Below, piece after piece: positions 39,371-52,779 of a stretch of 64,000 bases of DNA. The position numbers and the translations under genes are program-made. The DNA lies in the NCBI GenBank assembly GCA_964016885.1, contig CAXHJY010001514.1:124001-188000 (forward strand). The letters are read 5' to 3'. Position 1 is the first letter of the stretch, and every line of letters begins with the position of its first letter. The notes below the pieces were generated by a model. That model saw only the letters and a list, made by a program, of their open reading frames with translations, was not told the origin of the DNA and searched no databases. This stretch comes from Eledone cirrhosa (taxonomy: Eukaryota).

Positions 39371-39700
39371 CTTCTCCTTCTTCTTCTTCTACCTGAGAGG
39401 GTCGTGGGGTCAGAGTCCTCAAACATTCCTTCCAGTAGGTCCTGTCAGAAGCAACCGTCTCCAACTGATCTGGCTGGATCCCCAAGCGTGACCAGCTAAG
39501 TTCATGTATGTTATCCAACCATCTTGTTCAGGGTCTACCCCTGGGTCTCTTGCCGATTGCTTTTACCCATAAAATCTGTCCAGCAATTCTTTCCTGAGAC
39601 ATTCTAACTACATGTCCATAGTATCAGAGCTGTAATCTCGCAATTCGGAGAAGTAGCAGCTCTACCTGGAGTGACTCTCTTACCGCCGAGCTACACACTC
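39371..39700 (-). mobile_element. RTE-like 3' fragment with a (GAA)n-like tail; related remnant at ~6560-6660
   Basis: The minus strand gives ..GHVVRMSQERIAGQIL..GKRPRGRP..WLDNIHELSWSRLGI..VASDRTYWK. Confidence 0.75.
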
Positions 39701-40507
39701 TATCTTTATAGGCTGGTGAAGGTAGTTAGCAGAATCATTAGAGAGTTAGATAAAATACTTTATGGTATTTGTTCCAGCTTTTTACATTCTGAGTTCAATT
39801 CGCACCGAAGTCAATTTTACGTCTCATCTTCTCAGAGTCGAGGTCAATAGAATAAAGTTGGTGGATTGGCAGAATCAGTAGAGCTCTGGTATTTGGTGAC
39901 AACTTTCTACAGTTCAATTCCTGCCAAAGTCAACTTTGTTATTCGTTCTTCTAAAATTAAGTATATTTTGCCTAAATTAGAAACTCGCATCGTTGGAATC
40001 ACCCCCACCCCCTTTTTAAGAAAAGAAGCTGAAAAAGAAGGGAAACAGTAAAGAAACTAGAAGTTTCTCTTGTTGAATCTTTTTGTAATCTCCGTCTACT
40101 AAAAGATTTTGGTAGATCTTTTACAATATATCTCCGATGTTGGTAGTTTTTTAATAATTGGCTTCAAGATGTCCTCTCTTTCAGACTGCTAGTTTCTACA
40201 TTGGAACAAATAGGACAAAAGAGTTTCTCAAAAGTCTGTGTTTGGAACATAACTTAACAAAACATCTTACTTAAAATTATAATTTGAAAACATTATAATT
40301 TGAAAACAAACTGTTTTGTATCATAGAACCAGGAGTGTTTGGAACATAACTTAACAAAGATTCTTAGATGAAATTATGATGGAAACTTTTTAGATAAAAC
40401 AAACTGTTTTGTATCATAAAACCAGGAGCTGTTTTGAGGGAGTTAGTACTAAAAGAGTCAGGTAAATAAACTATTTAAATATTTATTTGTATAAATTTTG
40501 ATTTTAG

Positions 40508-40701
40508 GTTGTTCATATAATGGCATCTCTTCGTAGCCATATGAGTTTTCCAATGGGCCGCAAACATCCCCCTTCACTGTTGGGCTTAGTTGGCATGGCG
40601 ATAGCCCTACCACCACCTACAATTACCGAGCTACGGATTGATAGTGATATTTTTATCACACGACTAAGTCCTGACTTTACAATTCTCTATTGTGAACCAA
40701 T
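40508..40701 (+). CDS. trh: trh exon, PAS-A/PAS-B linker and start of PAS-B (VVHIMASL..GMAIALPPPTITELRIDSDIFITRLSPDFTILYCEP)
   Basis: Acceptor ttttag, donor GTAAGT, phase 0-2. Confidence 0.95.
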
Positions 40702-40743
40702 GTAAGTATTCCTTCTTTTGTCATTTTTACTTCCTCTCTCTCC

Positions 40744-40817
<74 letters not shown>

Positions 40818-41021
40818 TGTGTTGAGACCTGGAGAAAAGAGGGGCTCCTCCAGGTTTTAAAAACTCCCCCAAAACACACTATATGTCACAGTCAAACCCT
40901 TACAACTCCATCCAAGGATAAAGAGTCCAGACATACATACATTGCAATAAATAATATATTGTCTTCTTAACCACATAATCTAACAATTGTGTTGAGTCTA
41001 TTGCAGTAGATAATAAATGAG

Positions 41022-41340
41022 TACGAGGGTAAACTGAAAAGTTTATAGACTGACCAAGATACTCTCATGGAATCACCAAATGAGGTTATTGCATCATTCT
41101 TAGTGACCCAAGGTCTTGACACTTTATTTAGATATAAGAGGGTAGGCTGAAAATTTGATAGGTTGACTGTGAAGGAGTGATTCTATGAAAGACTGTGGAA
41201 TTTTGCATGCATTAATTTTAACTCTAATAATTAATAACTGCATTGTTTCTTTCCAGGGACTGTGTTGAAAAATAAACCTCATTTGGTCGTTCCATGAGAG
41301 TATCTTGGTCAGCTTATGAACTTTTCAGCCTACCCTCATT
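41022..41340. mobile_element. Tc1/mariner-type MITE with ~65-bp TIRs
   Basis: TACGAGGGTAAACTGAAAAGTTTATAGACTGACCAAGATACTCTCATGGAA at the left and TTCCATGAGAGTATCTTGGTCAGCTTATGAACTTTTCAGCCTACCCTCA at the right; an extra internal TIR-like copy near 41135. Confidence 0.75.
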
Positions 41341-41402
41341 ATGTTTAAATATGTTGCAGTAGATAATGTGGAGTATATTATATATTGTCTTCTATATTGT
41401 AG

Positions 41403-41509
41403 CATCTCTGACATGATGGATCTTACAGCTGAAGACATGACAAACAAAGTGTTGTATGAATTCTGTCATGCTGGAGACTTACAGAAGTTACGGAAATCTC
41501 ATGTAGATA
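41403..41509 (+). CDS. trh: trh exon, PAS-B (ISDMMDLTAEDMTNKVLYEFCHAGDLQKLRKSHVD)
   Basis: Acceptor ttgtag, donor GTAAGT, phase 2-1. Confidence 0.95.
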
Positions 41510-42034
41510 GTAAGTAACACAATTTCTACTTTTTTATAAACATCATCTATGTACTAAAGAGCTAATAAGAGATTATGTGTAGTGTAAATTGTTGGTCATG
41601 CTATGGAAAGGGGATGGTAAAAGTGTGAGAGAGAGAGTAACTAATTACTTTTTAAAACTTTGATCACACTGTGATATTTCGTATTTGATAATGACAGATC
41701 CTCTATTGGTTTCAACAGTATTTAGTTGTCCAACTGAACATCCAACTTATAAACAAACATATAAGTGGTTGAGTATTCCACTGACAAGTAGACCCATGAC
41801 ATAATTCTCAGGCAGAATCAGAAAAAGAAGTTACCATCAGCTGCCAATAGCAACTTCTTTTTCCATCTTTTAAGGGTGTTCACTCTATTTTATAACCTAT
41901 CTTTATAGCATTTCATACATTCTCAGCGCTTCAAAAGCCAAAAATTCAGCCATTCATCACCTGAAATCCAAAACTATTTTTCCCCATAGGAAATGTTGAG
42001 AGAGAAATACAATGTTTGAGAGACTGTGTGAAAG

Positions 42035-44072
42035 ACAGAGAGTATGGGAGTTTCAGGGCATCCTTTTTCCAAAACTTATCCTCATTCAACAGTATATTAT
42101 TCATCTCTGCCCATTGGATAACAGCCAGTAGGTCTGACTGAAGGCAAGTCCGGTCACCCACCTCATTGATGACCCTTTGGAGCTTGGAATCATCTGCGAA
42201 GATTCTGATGTTACTGTGCTTGATAATGTCAGTAATATAATTAATGTAGATGATGAAAAGAAGTGGGCCCAACACAGTGCCTTGTGGGATGCCACTGTGG
42301 ACTTTGGCAGGGCTTGATTCTACTCCTTCGACTACAACATGCTGGGTTCTGCCTGTCAGGAAACATTTGATCCACTGTAGTAACCTTCCAGAGACACCAA
42401 CATTGGATAGTTTTTTCAGTAGAATCTTATGATCAACCCTGTCGAAGGCCTTGCTGAAATCAAGGTAGATGACATCAGTGTTGGAGCCCTCTCCCAAGGC
42501 TCTCCAAACATCGTCAAAGTGATGCAGGAGCTGCGTTAGGCAGTCCCTTCCATTACAGAACCCATGTTGGTTGGAGTTCAGCAGGCCGTTGCTTTCTAGA
42601 AAGTGGGTTATTCGTGATCTCACCACCCTCTCAAATACCTTGATAATATGAGAGGTGAGCGAGATTGGACGGTAGTTCACTGCAAGGGACTTATTTCCCT
42701 TTTTGAAGACTGGGACAGAAAGTTTTCAGGAATATAGCCAGTATCCAGTGAGTTCCTCCACAGATTAGCAAGAGGAGTTGCAAGTTGGTGTCAACACACC
42801 TTCAGGACACAAGCAGGGAACCTATCGGGGCCTACTGCTGAATTGTGTTTAATTTCGTTTATTGCCGCTAAGACATCATGGGTGCCAAACGTTATGTCTG
42901 ATATAGTGTGTTGGGGATTAACATCACTGATACAGCCCAGATCGGCCATATCAGGATTGCTGAAAACAGAGCAGTATTGTTTCTGCAGTATCTCACCCGT
43001 GATTTTGGCATTGTCCTGGAGTGTGCCATTTTCATCAACTAGGGGGCCAACAGTGGAGACAGTGACCTTGTGTTTTTTAACAAATGAAAAAAACACTTTG
43101 GGGTTGAGTTTGATTTTCTCAATGGCCCACTTCTCTTCAGATGTTCTTTGATTATTGATAATGGTTTTTATGTTATATTTATTTGACTCAAGCAGGGCGA
43201 TAGCCATTGAATGTGTGTGTTGCTGTTGGCAGTATTTTAGTGTGTTAATTTTTTTGTTTGTTCTTTTTATTTTTCTGATAATAGTTTTTCTGTTTTGGGG
43301 GATACTGCACTTAGTTTTGTTCACAGGTTTTGGTGGGGTGTGTTTTGCACATATATTTGTGACAGTGTCTACAAAGATCTGCCAAGATGTTTTAATGTTG
43401 GTGGAAATGAGTGCGTGTGTAAAAGACCAGTCGACATGTGATAGCTCGTTCATGATTGCATCCCAGTTGGCATTGTGGAGATCCATGTTATCAAATGGGT
43501 GGGCTGGAAAGAGGTCCCTGTGATTATCTTACGGCTGGTGGAATCTCAGGTTACAAAGAACCATGTCATGGTCTGAGAGAAGGGTCTTTTTCTACTGTGA
43601 TATTATGTATAGTGTTAGTGTGGTTACTAAACACTAGATCCAGAATGTTCTTCTGATACCTTGTCGGTGCAAGGACAAGTTAGGACAAGAAAAATTCATT
43701 CATAAAGTCAAGAAGCGACTAAACTGCTTCTTTGTCAGTGGTTGAGGCTGTGGAGCCTGGTTTCAAACTACATGCAGACCAATCGACACAGGGTAGATTA
43801 AAGTCTCCATCAAAAGTATATTACTAGAATGGCACTGTTGAATACAGCACTTAATGCTGTTGAGGCATTCTTTGAAGCACATGATGGGTGTTTGGGGTGG
43901 CCTATAGAGCCCAACTAATATCAGGTCATTGGCTTTGTTGTGCACTGTGACTGATTCACAGTAGCCATTGGAGAATGTTGTGTTACCATCTGCTGTAAAG
44001 GAATCATGCAGGAAAATGGCAGTTCCACCCTTCCTTCTGTCAACACGATCCGCACGGATGGTTGTGAAATTG
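42035..44072 (-). mobile_element. Decayed CR1/L2-group LINE (endonuclease fragments and RT)
   Basis: LILVGLYRPP; AVGPDRFP; NYRPISLTSH..YLDFSKAFDRVDH..PQGTVLGPLLF..FADDSKL; multiple frameshifts. Confidence 0.9.
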
Positions 44073-44074
44073 TC

Positions 44075-44475
44075 ATGACACCTACACTTTTTGTCGTGAC
44101 AACTACTTTACAGTGTGGACTGGGTGTTTTTTCTTGTGACACCTACACAACCACTTTACAGTGTGGACTGGGTGCTTTTTGTCGTGACACCTACACAACC
44201 ACTTTACAGTGTGGACTGGGTGTTTTTTTCTTGTGTCACCAACACAAAAACTTTACAGTGTGGACTGGGTGCTTTTTGTCGTGACACCTACACAACCACT
44301 TTACAGTGTGGACTGGGTGTTTTTTTCTTGTGTCACCAACACAAAAACTTTACAGTGTGGACTGGGTGCTTTTTGTCATGACACCTACACAACCACTTTA
44401 CAGTGTGGACTGGGTGCTTTTTGTCATGACACCTACACAACTACTCTACTGGGTGCTTTTTGTCATGTTGCCATC
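44075..44475. repeat. ~46-51 bp tandem repeat derived from the RTE 3' UTR
   Basis: Unit TTTACAGTGTGGACTGGGTGCTTTTTGTCGTGACACCTACACAACCAC resembles 31075-31170. Confidence 0.8.
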
Positions 44476-44511
44476 ACGACATATATATATTGTCTGCGAT
44501 GAGAGACATTC

Positions 44512-44916
44512 ATGAACCAAGGTAGCACTGTATATATGTGTTCATGATGATAAGTGTTTGTGAACCAAGGTAGCACTGTATATATGTGTTCATGATGATG
44601 TGTTTGTGAACCAAGGTAGCACTGTATATATGTGTTCATGATGATAAGTGTTTGTGAAACAAGGTAGCACTGTATATATTTGTTCATGATGATAAGTGTT
44701 TGTGAACCAAGGTAGCACTGTATATATTTGTTCATGATGATAAGTGTTTGTGAAACAAGGTAGCACTGTATATATGTGTTCATGATGATAAGTGTTTGTG
44801 AAACAAGGTAGCACTGTATATATGTGTTCATGATGATAAGTGTTTGTGGAACAAGGTAGCACTGTATATATTTGTTCATGATGATAAGTGTTTGTGGAAC
44901 AAGGTAGCACTGTATA
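44512..44916. repeat. 48-bp minisatellite, about 8.5 copies
   Basis: TGAACCAAGGTAGCACTGTATATATGTGTTCATGATGATAAGTGTTTG. Confidence 0.95.
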
Positions 44917-44955
44917 TTTGAGATATCCATTCTCAGTTGTTTGTTTATTGTTTAG

Positions 44956-45103
44956 TTTTATCAAAAGGTCAAGTATGTACTGACTACTACCGACTAATGA
45001 ATAAACATGGAGGTTATTGTTGGATCCAGACTTGTGCTACGACCATCTGTAATGCTAAGAACCTGGATGATCAGAACATTATAGCTATCAACTATGTAAT
45101 AAG
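44956..45103 (+). CDS. trh: trh exon, PAS-B/PAC (ILSKGQVCTDYYRLMNKHGGYCWIQTCATTICNAKNLDDQNIIAINYVI)
   Basis: Acceptor tttag, donor GTTTGT, phase 1-2. Confidence 0.95.
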
Positions 45104-45313
45104 GTTTGTAATTTACTTCATGTAACTCATACTTATTTCTTTTACTGGTTTTAATCATTAGACACTGGCCATGATGGGGCATTACCTTAACAGGATTTAG
45201 TTGATTATATTGACACCCAAGAATTTACTGGTACTTTTTTTTATTGATTGTTTTTTTTTGTTCAGACATAGACACACACAAATGTAAATACATATTATAT
45301 ATATATATATACG

Positions 45314-48300
45314 ACTATACTAAGATAGTCAACTGTCAGGTGTTATACTATAGTAAGGTAGTCAACTGTCAGGTGTTATACTATACTAAGGTAATCAACT
45401 GTCAGGTGTTATACTATAGTAAGGTAGTCAACTGTCAGGTGTTATACTATACTAAGGTAGTCAACTGTCAGGTGTTATACTATACTAAGATAGTCAACTG
45501 TCAGGTGTTATACTATAGTAAGGTAATCAACTGTCAGGTGTTACACTATACTAAGGTAATCAACTGTCAGGTGTTATACTATAGTAAGGTAGTCAACTGT
45601 CAGGTGTTATACTATACTAAGATAGTCAACTGTCAGGTGTTATACTATACTAAGATAGTCAACTGTCAGGTGTTATACTATAGTAAGGTAGTCAACTGTC
45701 AGGTGTTATACTATAGTAAGGTAGTCAACTGTCAGGTGTTATACTATACTAAGGTAGTCAACTGTCAGGTGTTATACTATACTAAGGTAGTCAACTGTCA
45801 GGTGTTATACTATAGTAAGGTAGTCAACTGTCAGGTGTTATACTATACTAAGGTAGTCAACTGTCAGGTGTTATACTATACTAAGGTAATCAACTGTCAG
45901 GTGTTATACTATAGTAAGGTAGTCAACTGTCAGGTGTTATACTATACTAAGGTAGTCAACTGTTAGGTGTTATACTATACTAAGGTAGTCAACTGTCAGG
46001 TGTTATACTATAGTAAGGTAGTCAACTGTCAGGTGTTATACTATACTAAGGTAGTCAACTGTCAGGTGTTATACTATACTAAGGTAGTCAACTGTCAGGT
46101 GTTATACTATAGTAAGGTAGTCAACTGTCAGGTGTTATACTATACTAAGGTAGTCAACTGTCAGGTGTTATACTATACTAAGGTAATCAACTGTCAGGTG
46201 TTATACTATAGTAAGGTAGTCAACTGTCAGGTGTTATACTATACTAAGGTAGTCAACTGTTAGGTGTTATACTATACTAAGGTAGTCAACTGTCAGGTGT
46301 TATACTATAGTAAGGTAGTCAACTGTCAGGTGTTATACTATACTAAGGTAGTCAACTGTCAGGTGTTATACTATACTAAGGTAGTCAACTGTCAGGTGTT
46401 ATACTATACTAAGGTAATCAACTGTCAGGTGTTATACTATAGTAAGGTAGTCAACTGTCAGGTGTTATACTATACTAAGATAGTCAACTGTCAGGTGTTA
46501 TACTATAGTAAGGTAATCAACTGTCAGGTGTTACACTATACTAAGGTAGTCAACTGTTAGGTGTTATACTATACTAAGGTAGTCAACTGTCAGGTGTTAT
46601 ACTATACTAAGGTAATCAACTGTCAGGTGTTATACTATACTAAGGTAGTCAACTGTCAGGTGTTATACTATAGTAAGGTAGTCAACTGTCAGGTGTTATA
46701 CTATACTAAGGTAGTCAACTGTCAGGTGTTATACTATAGTAAGGTAATCAACTGTCAGGTGTTATACTATACTAAGGTAGTCAACTGTTAGGTGTTATAC
46801 TATACTAAGGTAGTCAACTGTCAGGTGTTATACTATAGTAAGGTAATCAACTGTCAGGTGTTATACTATACTAAGGTAGTCAACTGTCAGGTGTTATACT
46901 ATACTAAGGTAATCAACTGTCAGGTGTTATACTATAGTAAGGTAGTCAACTGTCAGGTGTTATACTATACTAAGGTAGTCAACTGTCAGGTGTTATACTA
47001 TAGTAAGGTAGTTAACTGTCAGGTGTTATACTATAGTAAGGTAATCAACTGTCAGGTGTTATACTATACTAAGGTAGTCAACTGTCAGGTGTTATACTAT
47101 ACTAAGGTAGTCAACTGTCAGGTGTTATACTATACTAAGGTAGTCAACTGTCAGTTGTTATACTATACTAAGGTAGTCAACTGTCAGGTGTTATACTATA
47201 GTAAGGTAGTCAACTGTCAGGTGTTATACTATACTAAGGTAGTCAACTGTCAGGTGTTATACTATACTAAGGTAGTCAACTGTCAGGTGTTACACTATAC
47301 TAAGGTAGTCAACTGTCAGGTGTTACACTATACTAAGGTAGTCAACTGTCAGGTGTTATACTATACTAAGGTAGTCAACTGTCAGGTGTTATACTATACT
47401 AAGGTAATCAACTGTCAGGTGTTATACTATACTAAGGTAATCAACTGTCAGGTGTTATACTATACTAAGGTAGTCAACTGTCAGGTGTTATACTATACTA
47501 AGGTAGTCAACTGTCAGGTGTTATACTATACTAAGGTAATCAACTGTCAGGTGTTATACTATACTAAGGTAGTCAACTGTCAGGTGTTATACTATACTAA
47601 GGTAGTCAACTGTCAGGTGTTACACTATACTAAGGTAGTCAACTGTCAGGTGTTACACTATACTAAGGTAGTCAACTGTCAGGTGTTACACTATACTAAG
47701 GTAGTCAACTGTCAGATGTTATACTATACTAAGGTAGTCAACTGTCAGGTGTTATACTATAGTAAGGTAGTCAACTGTCAGGTGTTATACTATACTAAGG
47801 TAGTCAACTGTCAGGTGTTATACTATACTAAGGTAGTCAACTGTCAGGTGTTATACTATACTAAGGTAATCAACTGTCAGGTGTTATACTATAGTAAGGT
47901 AGTCAACTGTCAGGTGTTATACTATACTAAGGTAGTCAACTGTCAGGTGTTATACTATACTAAGGTAGTCAACTGTCAGGTGTTATACTATACTAAGGTA
48001 GTCAACTGTCAGGTGTTATACTATACTAAGGTAGTCAACTGTCAGGTGTTATACTATACTAAGGTAGTCAACTGTCAGGTGTTATACTATAGTAAGGTAG
48101 TCAACTGTCAGGTGTTATACTATAGTAAGGTAATCAACTGTCAGGTGTTATACTATACTAAGGTAGTCAACTGTCAGGTGTTATACTATAGTAAGGTAGT
48201 CAACTGTCAGGTGTTATACTATACTAAGGTAGTCAACTGTCAGTTGTTATACTATACTAAGGTAGTCAACTGTCAGGTGTTATACTATACTAAGGTTGTC

Positions 48301-50116
48301 AACTGTCAGGTGTTACACTATACTAAGGTAGTCAACTGTCAGGTGTTATACTATACTAAGGTAGTCAACTGTTAGGTGTTACACTATACTAAGGTAGTCA
48401 ACTGTCAGGTGTTACACTATACTAAGGTAGTCAACTGTCAGGTGTTATACTATACTAAGATAGTCAACTGTCAGGTGTTATACTATACTAAGGTAGTCAA
48501 CTGTCAGGTGTTATACTATACTAAGGTAGTCAACTGTCAGGTGTTACACTATACTAAGGTAGTCAACTGTCAGGTGTTATACTATACTAAGATAGTCAAC
48601 TGTCAGGTGTTACACTATACTAAGGTAGTCAACTGTCAGGTGTTATACTATACTAAGATAGTCAACTGTCAGGTGTTATACTATACTAAGGTTGTCGTCT
48701 GTCAGGTGTTATACTATACTAAGGTTGTCGTCTGTCAGGTGTTATACTATACTAAGATAGTCAACTGTCAGGTGTTATACTATACTAAGATAGTCAACTG
48801 TCAGGTGTTATACTATACTAAGGTAGTCAACTGTCAGGTGTTACACTATACTAAGATAGTCAACTGTCAGGTGTTATACTATACTAAGATAGTCAACTGT
48901 CAGGTGTTATACTATACTAAGGTAGTCAACTCTCAGGTGTTACACTATACTAAGATAGTTAACTGTCAGGTGTTATACTATACTAAGGTAGTCAACTGTC
49001 AGGTGTTATACTATACTAAGATAGTCAACTGTCAGGTGTTATACTATACTAAGGTTGTCGTCTGTCAGGTGTTATACTATACTAAGGTTGTCGTCTGTCA
49101 GGTGTTATACTATACTAAGATAGTCAACTGTCAAGTGTTATACTATACTAAGATAGTCAACTGTCAGGTGTTATACTATACTAAGATAGTCAACTGTCAT
49201 GTGTTATACTATACTAAGGTAGTCAACTGTCAGGTGTTATACTATAGTAAGGTAGTCAACTGTCAGGTGTTATACTATACTAAGGTAGTCAACTGTCAAG
49301 TGTTACACTATACTAAGGTAGTCAACTGTCAGGTGTTACACTATACTAAGGTAGTCAACTGTCAGGTGTTATACTATACTAAGATAGTCAACTGTCAGGT
49401 GTTATACTATACTAAGGTAGTCAACTGTCAGGTGTTATACTATACTAAGGTAGTCAACTGTCAGGTGTTATACTATAGTAAGATAGTCAACTGTCAGGTG
49501 TTACACTATACTAAGGTAGTCAACTGTCAGGTGTTACACTATACTAAGGTAGTCAACTGTCAGGTGTTATACTATACTAAGGTAGTCAACTGTCAGGTGT
49601 TATACTATACTAAGGTAGTCAACTGTCAGGTGTTATACTAAATAAGGTAGTCAACTGTCAGGTGTTATACTATACTAAGGTTGTCAACTGTCAGGTGTTA
49701 CACTATACTAAGGTAGTCAACTGTCAGGTGTTATACTATACTAAGGTAGTCATCTGTCAGGTGTTACACTATACTAAGGTAGTCAACTGTCAGGTGTTAT
49801 ACTATACTAAGGTAGTCAACTGTTAGGTGTTACACTATACTAAGGTAGTCAACTGTCAGGTGTTATACTATACTAAGGTAGTCAACTGTCAGGTGTTACA
49901 CTATACTAAGGTAGTCAACTGTCAGGTGTTACACTATACTAAGGTAGTCAACTGTCAGGTGTTATACTATACTAAGGTAGTCAACTGTCAGGTGTTACAC
50001 TATACTAAGGTAGTCAACTGTCAGGTGTTACACTATACTAAGGTAGTCAACTGTCAGGTGTTATACTATACTAAGATAGTCAACTGTCAGGTGTTATACT
50101 ATAGTAAGGTAGTCAA
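45314..50116. repeat. 33-bp satellite (TACTATACTAAGGTAGTCAACTGTCAGGTGTTA), about 145 copies
   Basis: Direct reading; it explains the YYTKVVNCQVL-repeat ORFs. Confidence 0.97.
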
Positions 50117-50463
50117 TTCTCGCAATCAGCTTTGCAACATTTCTTCCAGTTTTTTACCTTCTAAGTTTCAATTTTGTCATGGTCGTCTTTTTCATCTTTC
50201 TGAGGTTGATAGAATAAATTACCAGTCAAGTACGCTCAGGTAATAAATTACCTTCAAGTACTCTGAGGTCCTAAATTATGGTGAGGGGGGGATAAGTGAG
50301 GGTTTTCTGAAAACTAAATAAGCAGGGGGCCAATTATTGGAGACCTGAAAGTATTAGTATCAAGTTAACTTTCTCTCCCCCTCCCTTTAGAAACCCTTAT
50401 ATTTCTCTCCCCCTCCTTTTAAAAACCATTACATTTCTCTCTCCCTCCCTTTCTCTTTTGCAG

Positions 50464-50576
50464 TGGTTTGGAATGTGGTAATTGTGTGTTTGACACAAGC
50501 CAGTTAAAGAATGTAACAGGTATCAGTTCCAACTGTAGTATTCTCAAAGACCAAATTGAACAAGACACAGATATAG
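50464..50576 (+). CDS. trh: trh exon after PAC (SGLECGNCVFDTSQLKNVTGISSNCSILKDQIEQDTDI)
   Basis: Long polypyrimidine tract plus gcag acceptor, donor GTGGGT, phase 2-1; an alternative same-phase donor follows 50519. Confidence 0.8.
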
Positions 50577-51008
50577 GTGGGTAAATATTTTATACCTTTT
50601 CTCTTTTTAGAAATCTTTTTGGCTTTGTTTTTTGGTTGGGGTTTATTTTATTTTATTTTGTTTGATAAATTCAAAGTTGATTGGGAAAGTATAAGAAGAA
50701 TTTGAAGCATGAATAGAACTTGATCCTTAAGCATTTAAACCAGCTATAACTGGCCATTCATACTGATGTTAAGGTATTGTTCTCAAAATAAATAATATCA
50801 AAATCTCATAGATTCGATATTATGTGAGGTAAAGCCTTTACCATGAAACTACAATAGTATATATAGAGTAATGTAAATGCTAAAGGGTTAAAGTTGGTGC
50901 AACTACAGTTTATAAGACTTGCTGTGAAAATCTAAACAAATGTGAAAAACATTCTGTTATTTTCTTTACACACAGAAAAATATAAACAATTGCTTTTTTC
51001 TATTTACT

Positions 51009-51053
51009 TGTCTTCTGATGAACAACCAATCAGCTGTGAAACATGTAAAGACA
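51009..51053 (+). ncRNA. Type I minimal hammerhead ribozyme motif
   Basis: TGTCTT CTGATGA ACAACCAATCAGCTGT GAAA CATG TA AAGACA: perfect 6-bp stem I and palindromic ACATGT. Confidence 0.85.
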
Positions 51054-51337
51054 GTCTCTAGTATTTTTTCTGTGTACAAAAAAAAATGCTTTTCTTGTGT
51101 AAGACTTATAAATTATAGTTGACTACTTTAGAATTGTCTTAGATTTTACGTGGTGGTGGTGTTATATAAAATTGCTATTGTAGTTGTTTTACCTGTTCCA
51201 GCCAATGGGATGTGGCCATGCTGCAGTACCATTATTAAGATTAACATGAGGAATGGTTTATACTGTCTATTTGAGTTTTTTAAGTATCTATTTGTTTATT
51301 TATTTGTTTAATTATTTGTTTGTTTATTTATTGGCAG

Positions 51338-52779
51338 ACTGTCGAAAAACGAAAGACAAAGGTCATAAAAATGAGAACCCAGGTGGAATGAACTCACAAT
51401 CCATGAAACCCTCTTCTACAATGTCTGGTAACAACCAGAATAATCTAGAAGGTCACCATTATGATAAGCAGACAGTGAATCAAGAATCTGAGGCTCTCTT
51501 TACAGGGGTACAATCCAAATTATCCAACAATAACAGCGACCAGAGCGAGGTCAGTGACAACTGTGCCATGTTTCTAGAGAAGGGCAATGAATCAATGAAA
51601 CTCGATAACAAAAACTCAAGGCGTAAAGCAGAAAAACCAAGAAAGCGTCGGCGAGAGAACGAAACCATTGAAGAGAATTATATGGAAGATGAATTTCTGA
51701 GTGAACATAAAGACATGGACAGCAAGATCACACGCCTCATCAGTAGCATTGATGATAACAAAAATAATTCAGGGGAGATAAATCATATAAAATCCAATGT
51801 AGCTATGTCAATAAGGAACCAAGATAAACTAACAACCAATATATCTTCTATACCTGAAGATTTATCAACAAAGTCAGTAACTATAGTCCATTCTCCAGGT
51901 CAGACTTCACACTTACCAAATTCAACATCTAATAGAGATTGTACATCAGACTGGGCTGTTGAAAGTAACTCTCATGACTTCTCACATCAACACACGTCAG
52001 TGAAAGACTTGGAAGATGTAATGAACCGACACTTACCAACAATTACAGAGAATCCTGATTCCAACATGAATGGAGAGATGAACAGTCGGTACCAGTCACG
52101 TCATAAACCAACTATACAGTGGATTGGATCCCATCAGAATGCATCAGATTCTCTTCCAGCTTCAAATCTTCTCAGATCAATTTTTGCTAATCGAGAATCC
52201 GTCATTCGAAGCAGCCGTCCTCAGTGTTATAATGACATTCCTGTAAGTATGCTAACGCCACCTAGTGGTGATGGAGGTTACAAAGATCCAACAAATGCAT
52301 CAATGTCATCAATGACAAATGGAAGCAAGGCATCTATCAACCATGATACACAATATGTCGCTTCTACATATGCCTCCACTCCACTAACCGTTTCTATGTC
52401 ATGTAACGCCATGTCGGACTCTTACACTATTACTCCCCCATCTTCTGTATCGCCTCAAGATAAACTACACTCACCTTTCACCGATGTCAGCTATGTGGAT
52501 AGTACAACACAGTGTACAAATCTCCCAGCTGACAACCCTGCTATCCAGCGTATACCTGTCAAACCACAAGCTGGATATACATTAACTGTCACCTCACCTC
52601 AAAACCTTGACTACGATCATACAAAATCAACAGGATTCCAAGCTTCTACTCCATACAACCCAACATCCTCAGAGTACAGCCATTATAGTCACATGAACAA
52701 TGCTAATAATACTCCTTCTTACGACCACAATAACCATAGATCTACTGGGCCATGGTACTCTACAGCATACACAAATTAA
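51338..52779 (+). CDS. trh: trh terminal coding exon (putative [11 protein letters not shown]; [14 protein letters not shown]; TIQWIG; [15 protein letters not shown])
   Basis: Acceptor ttggcag, phase 1, open to TAA at 52777-52779. Confidence 0.92.

Noticed and set aside
45244-50243. YYTKVVNCQVL repeat proteins
   Set aside because: 33-bp satellite with sporadic stops inside a trh intron
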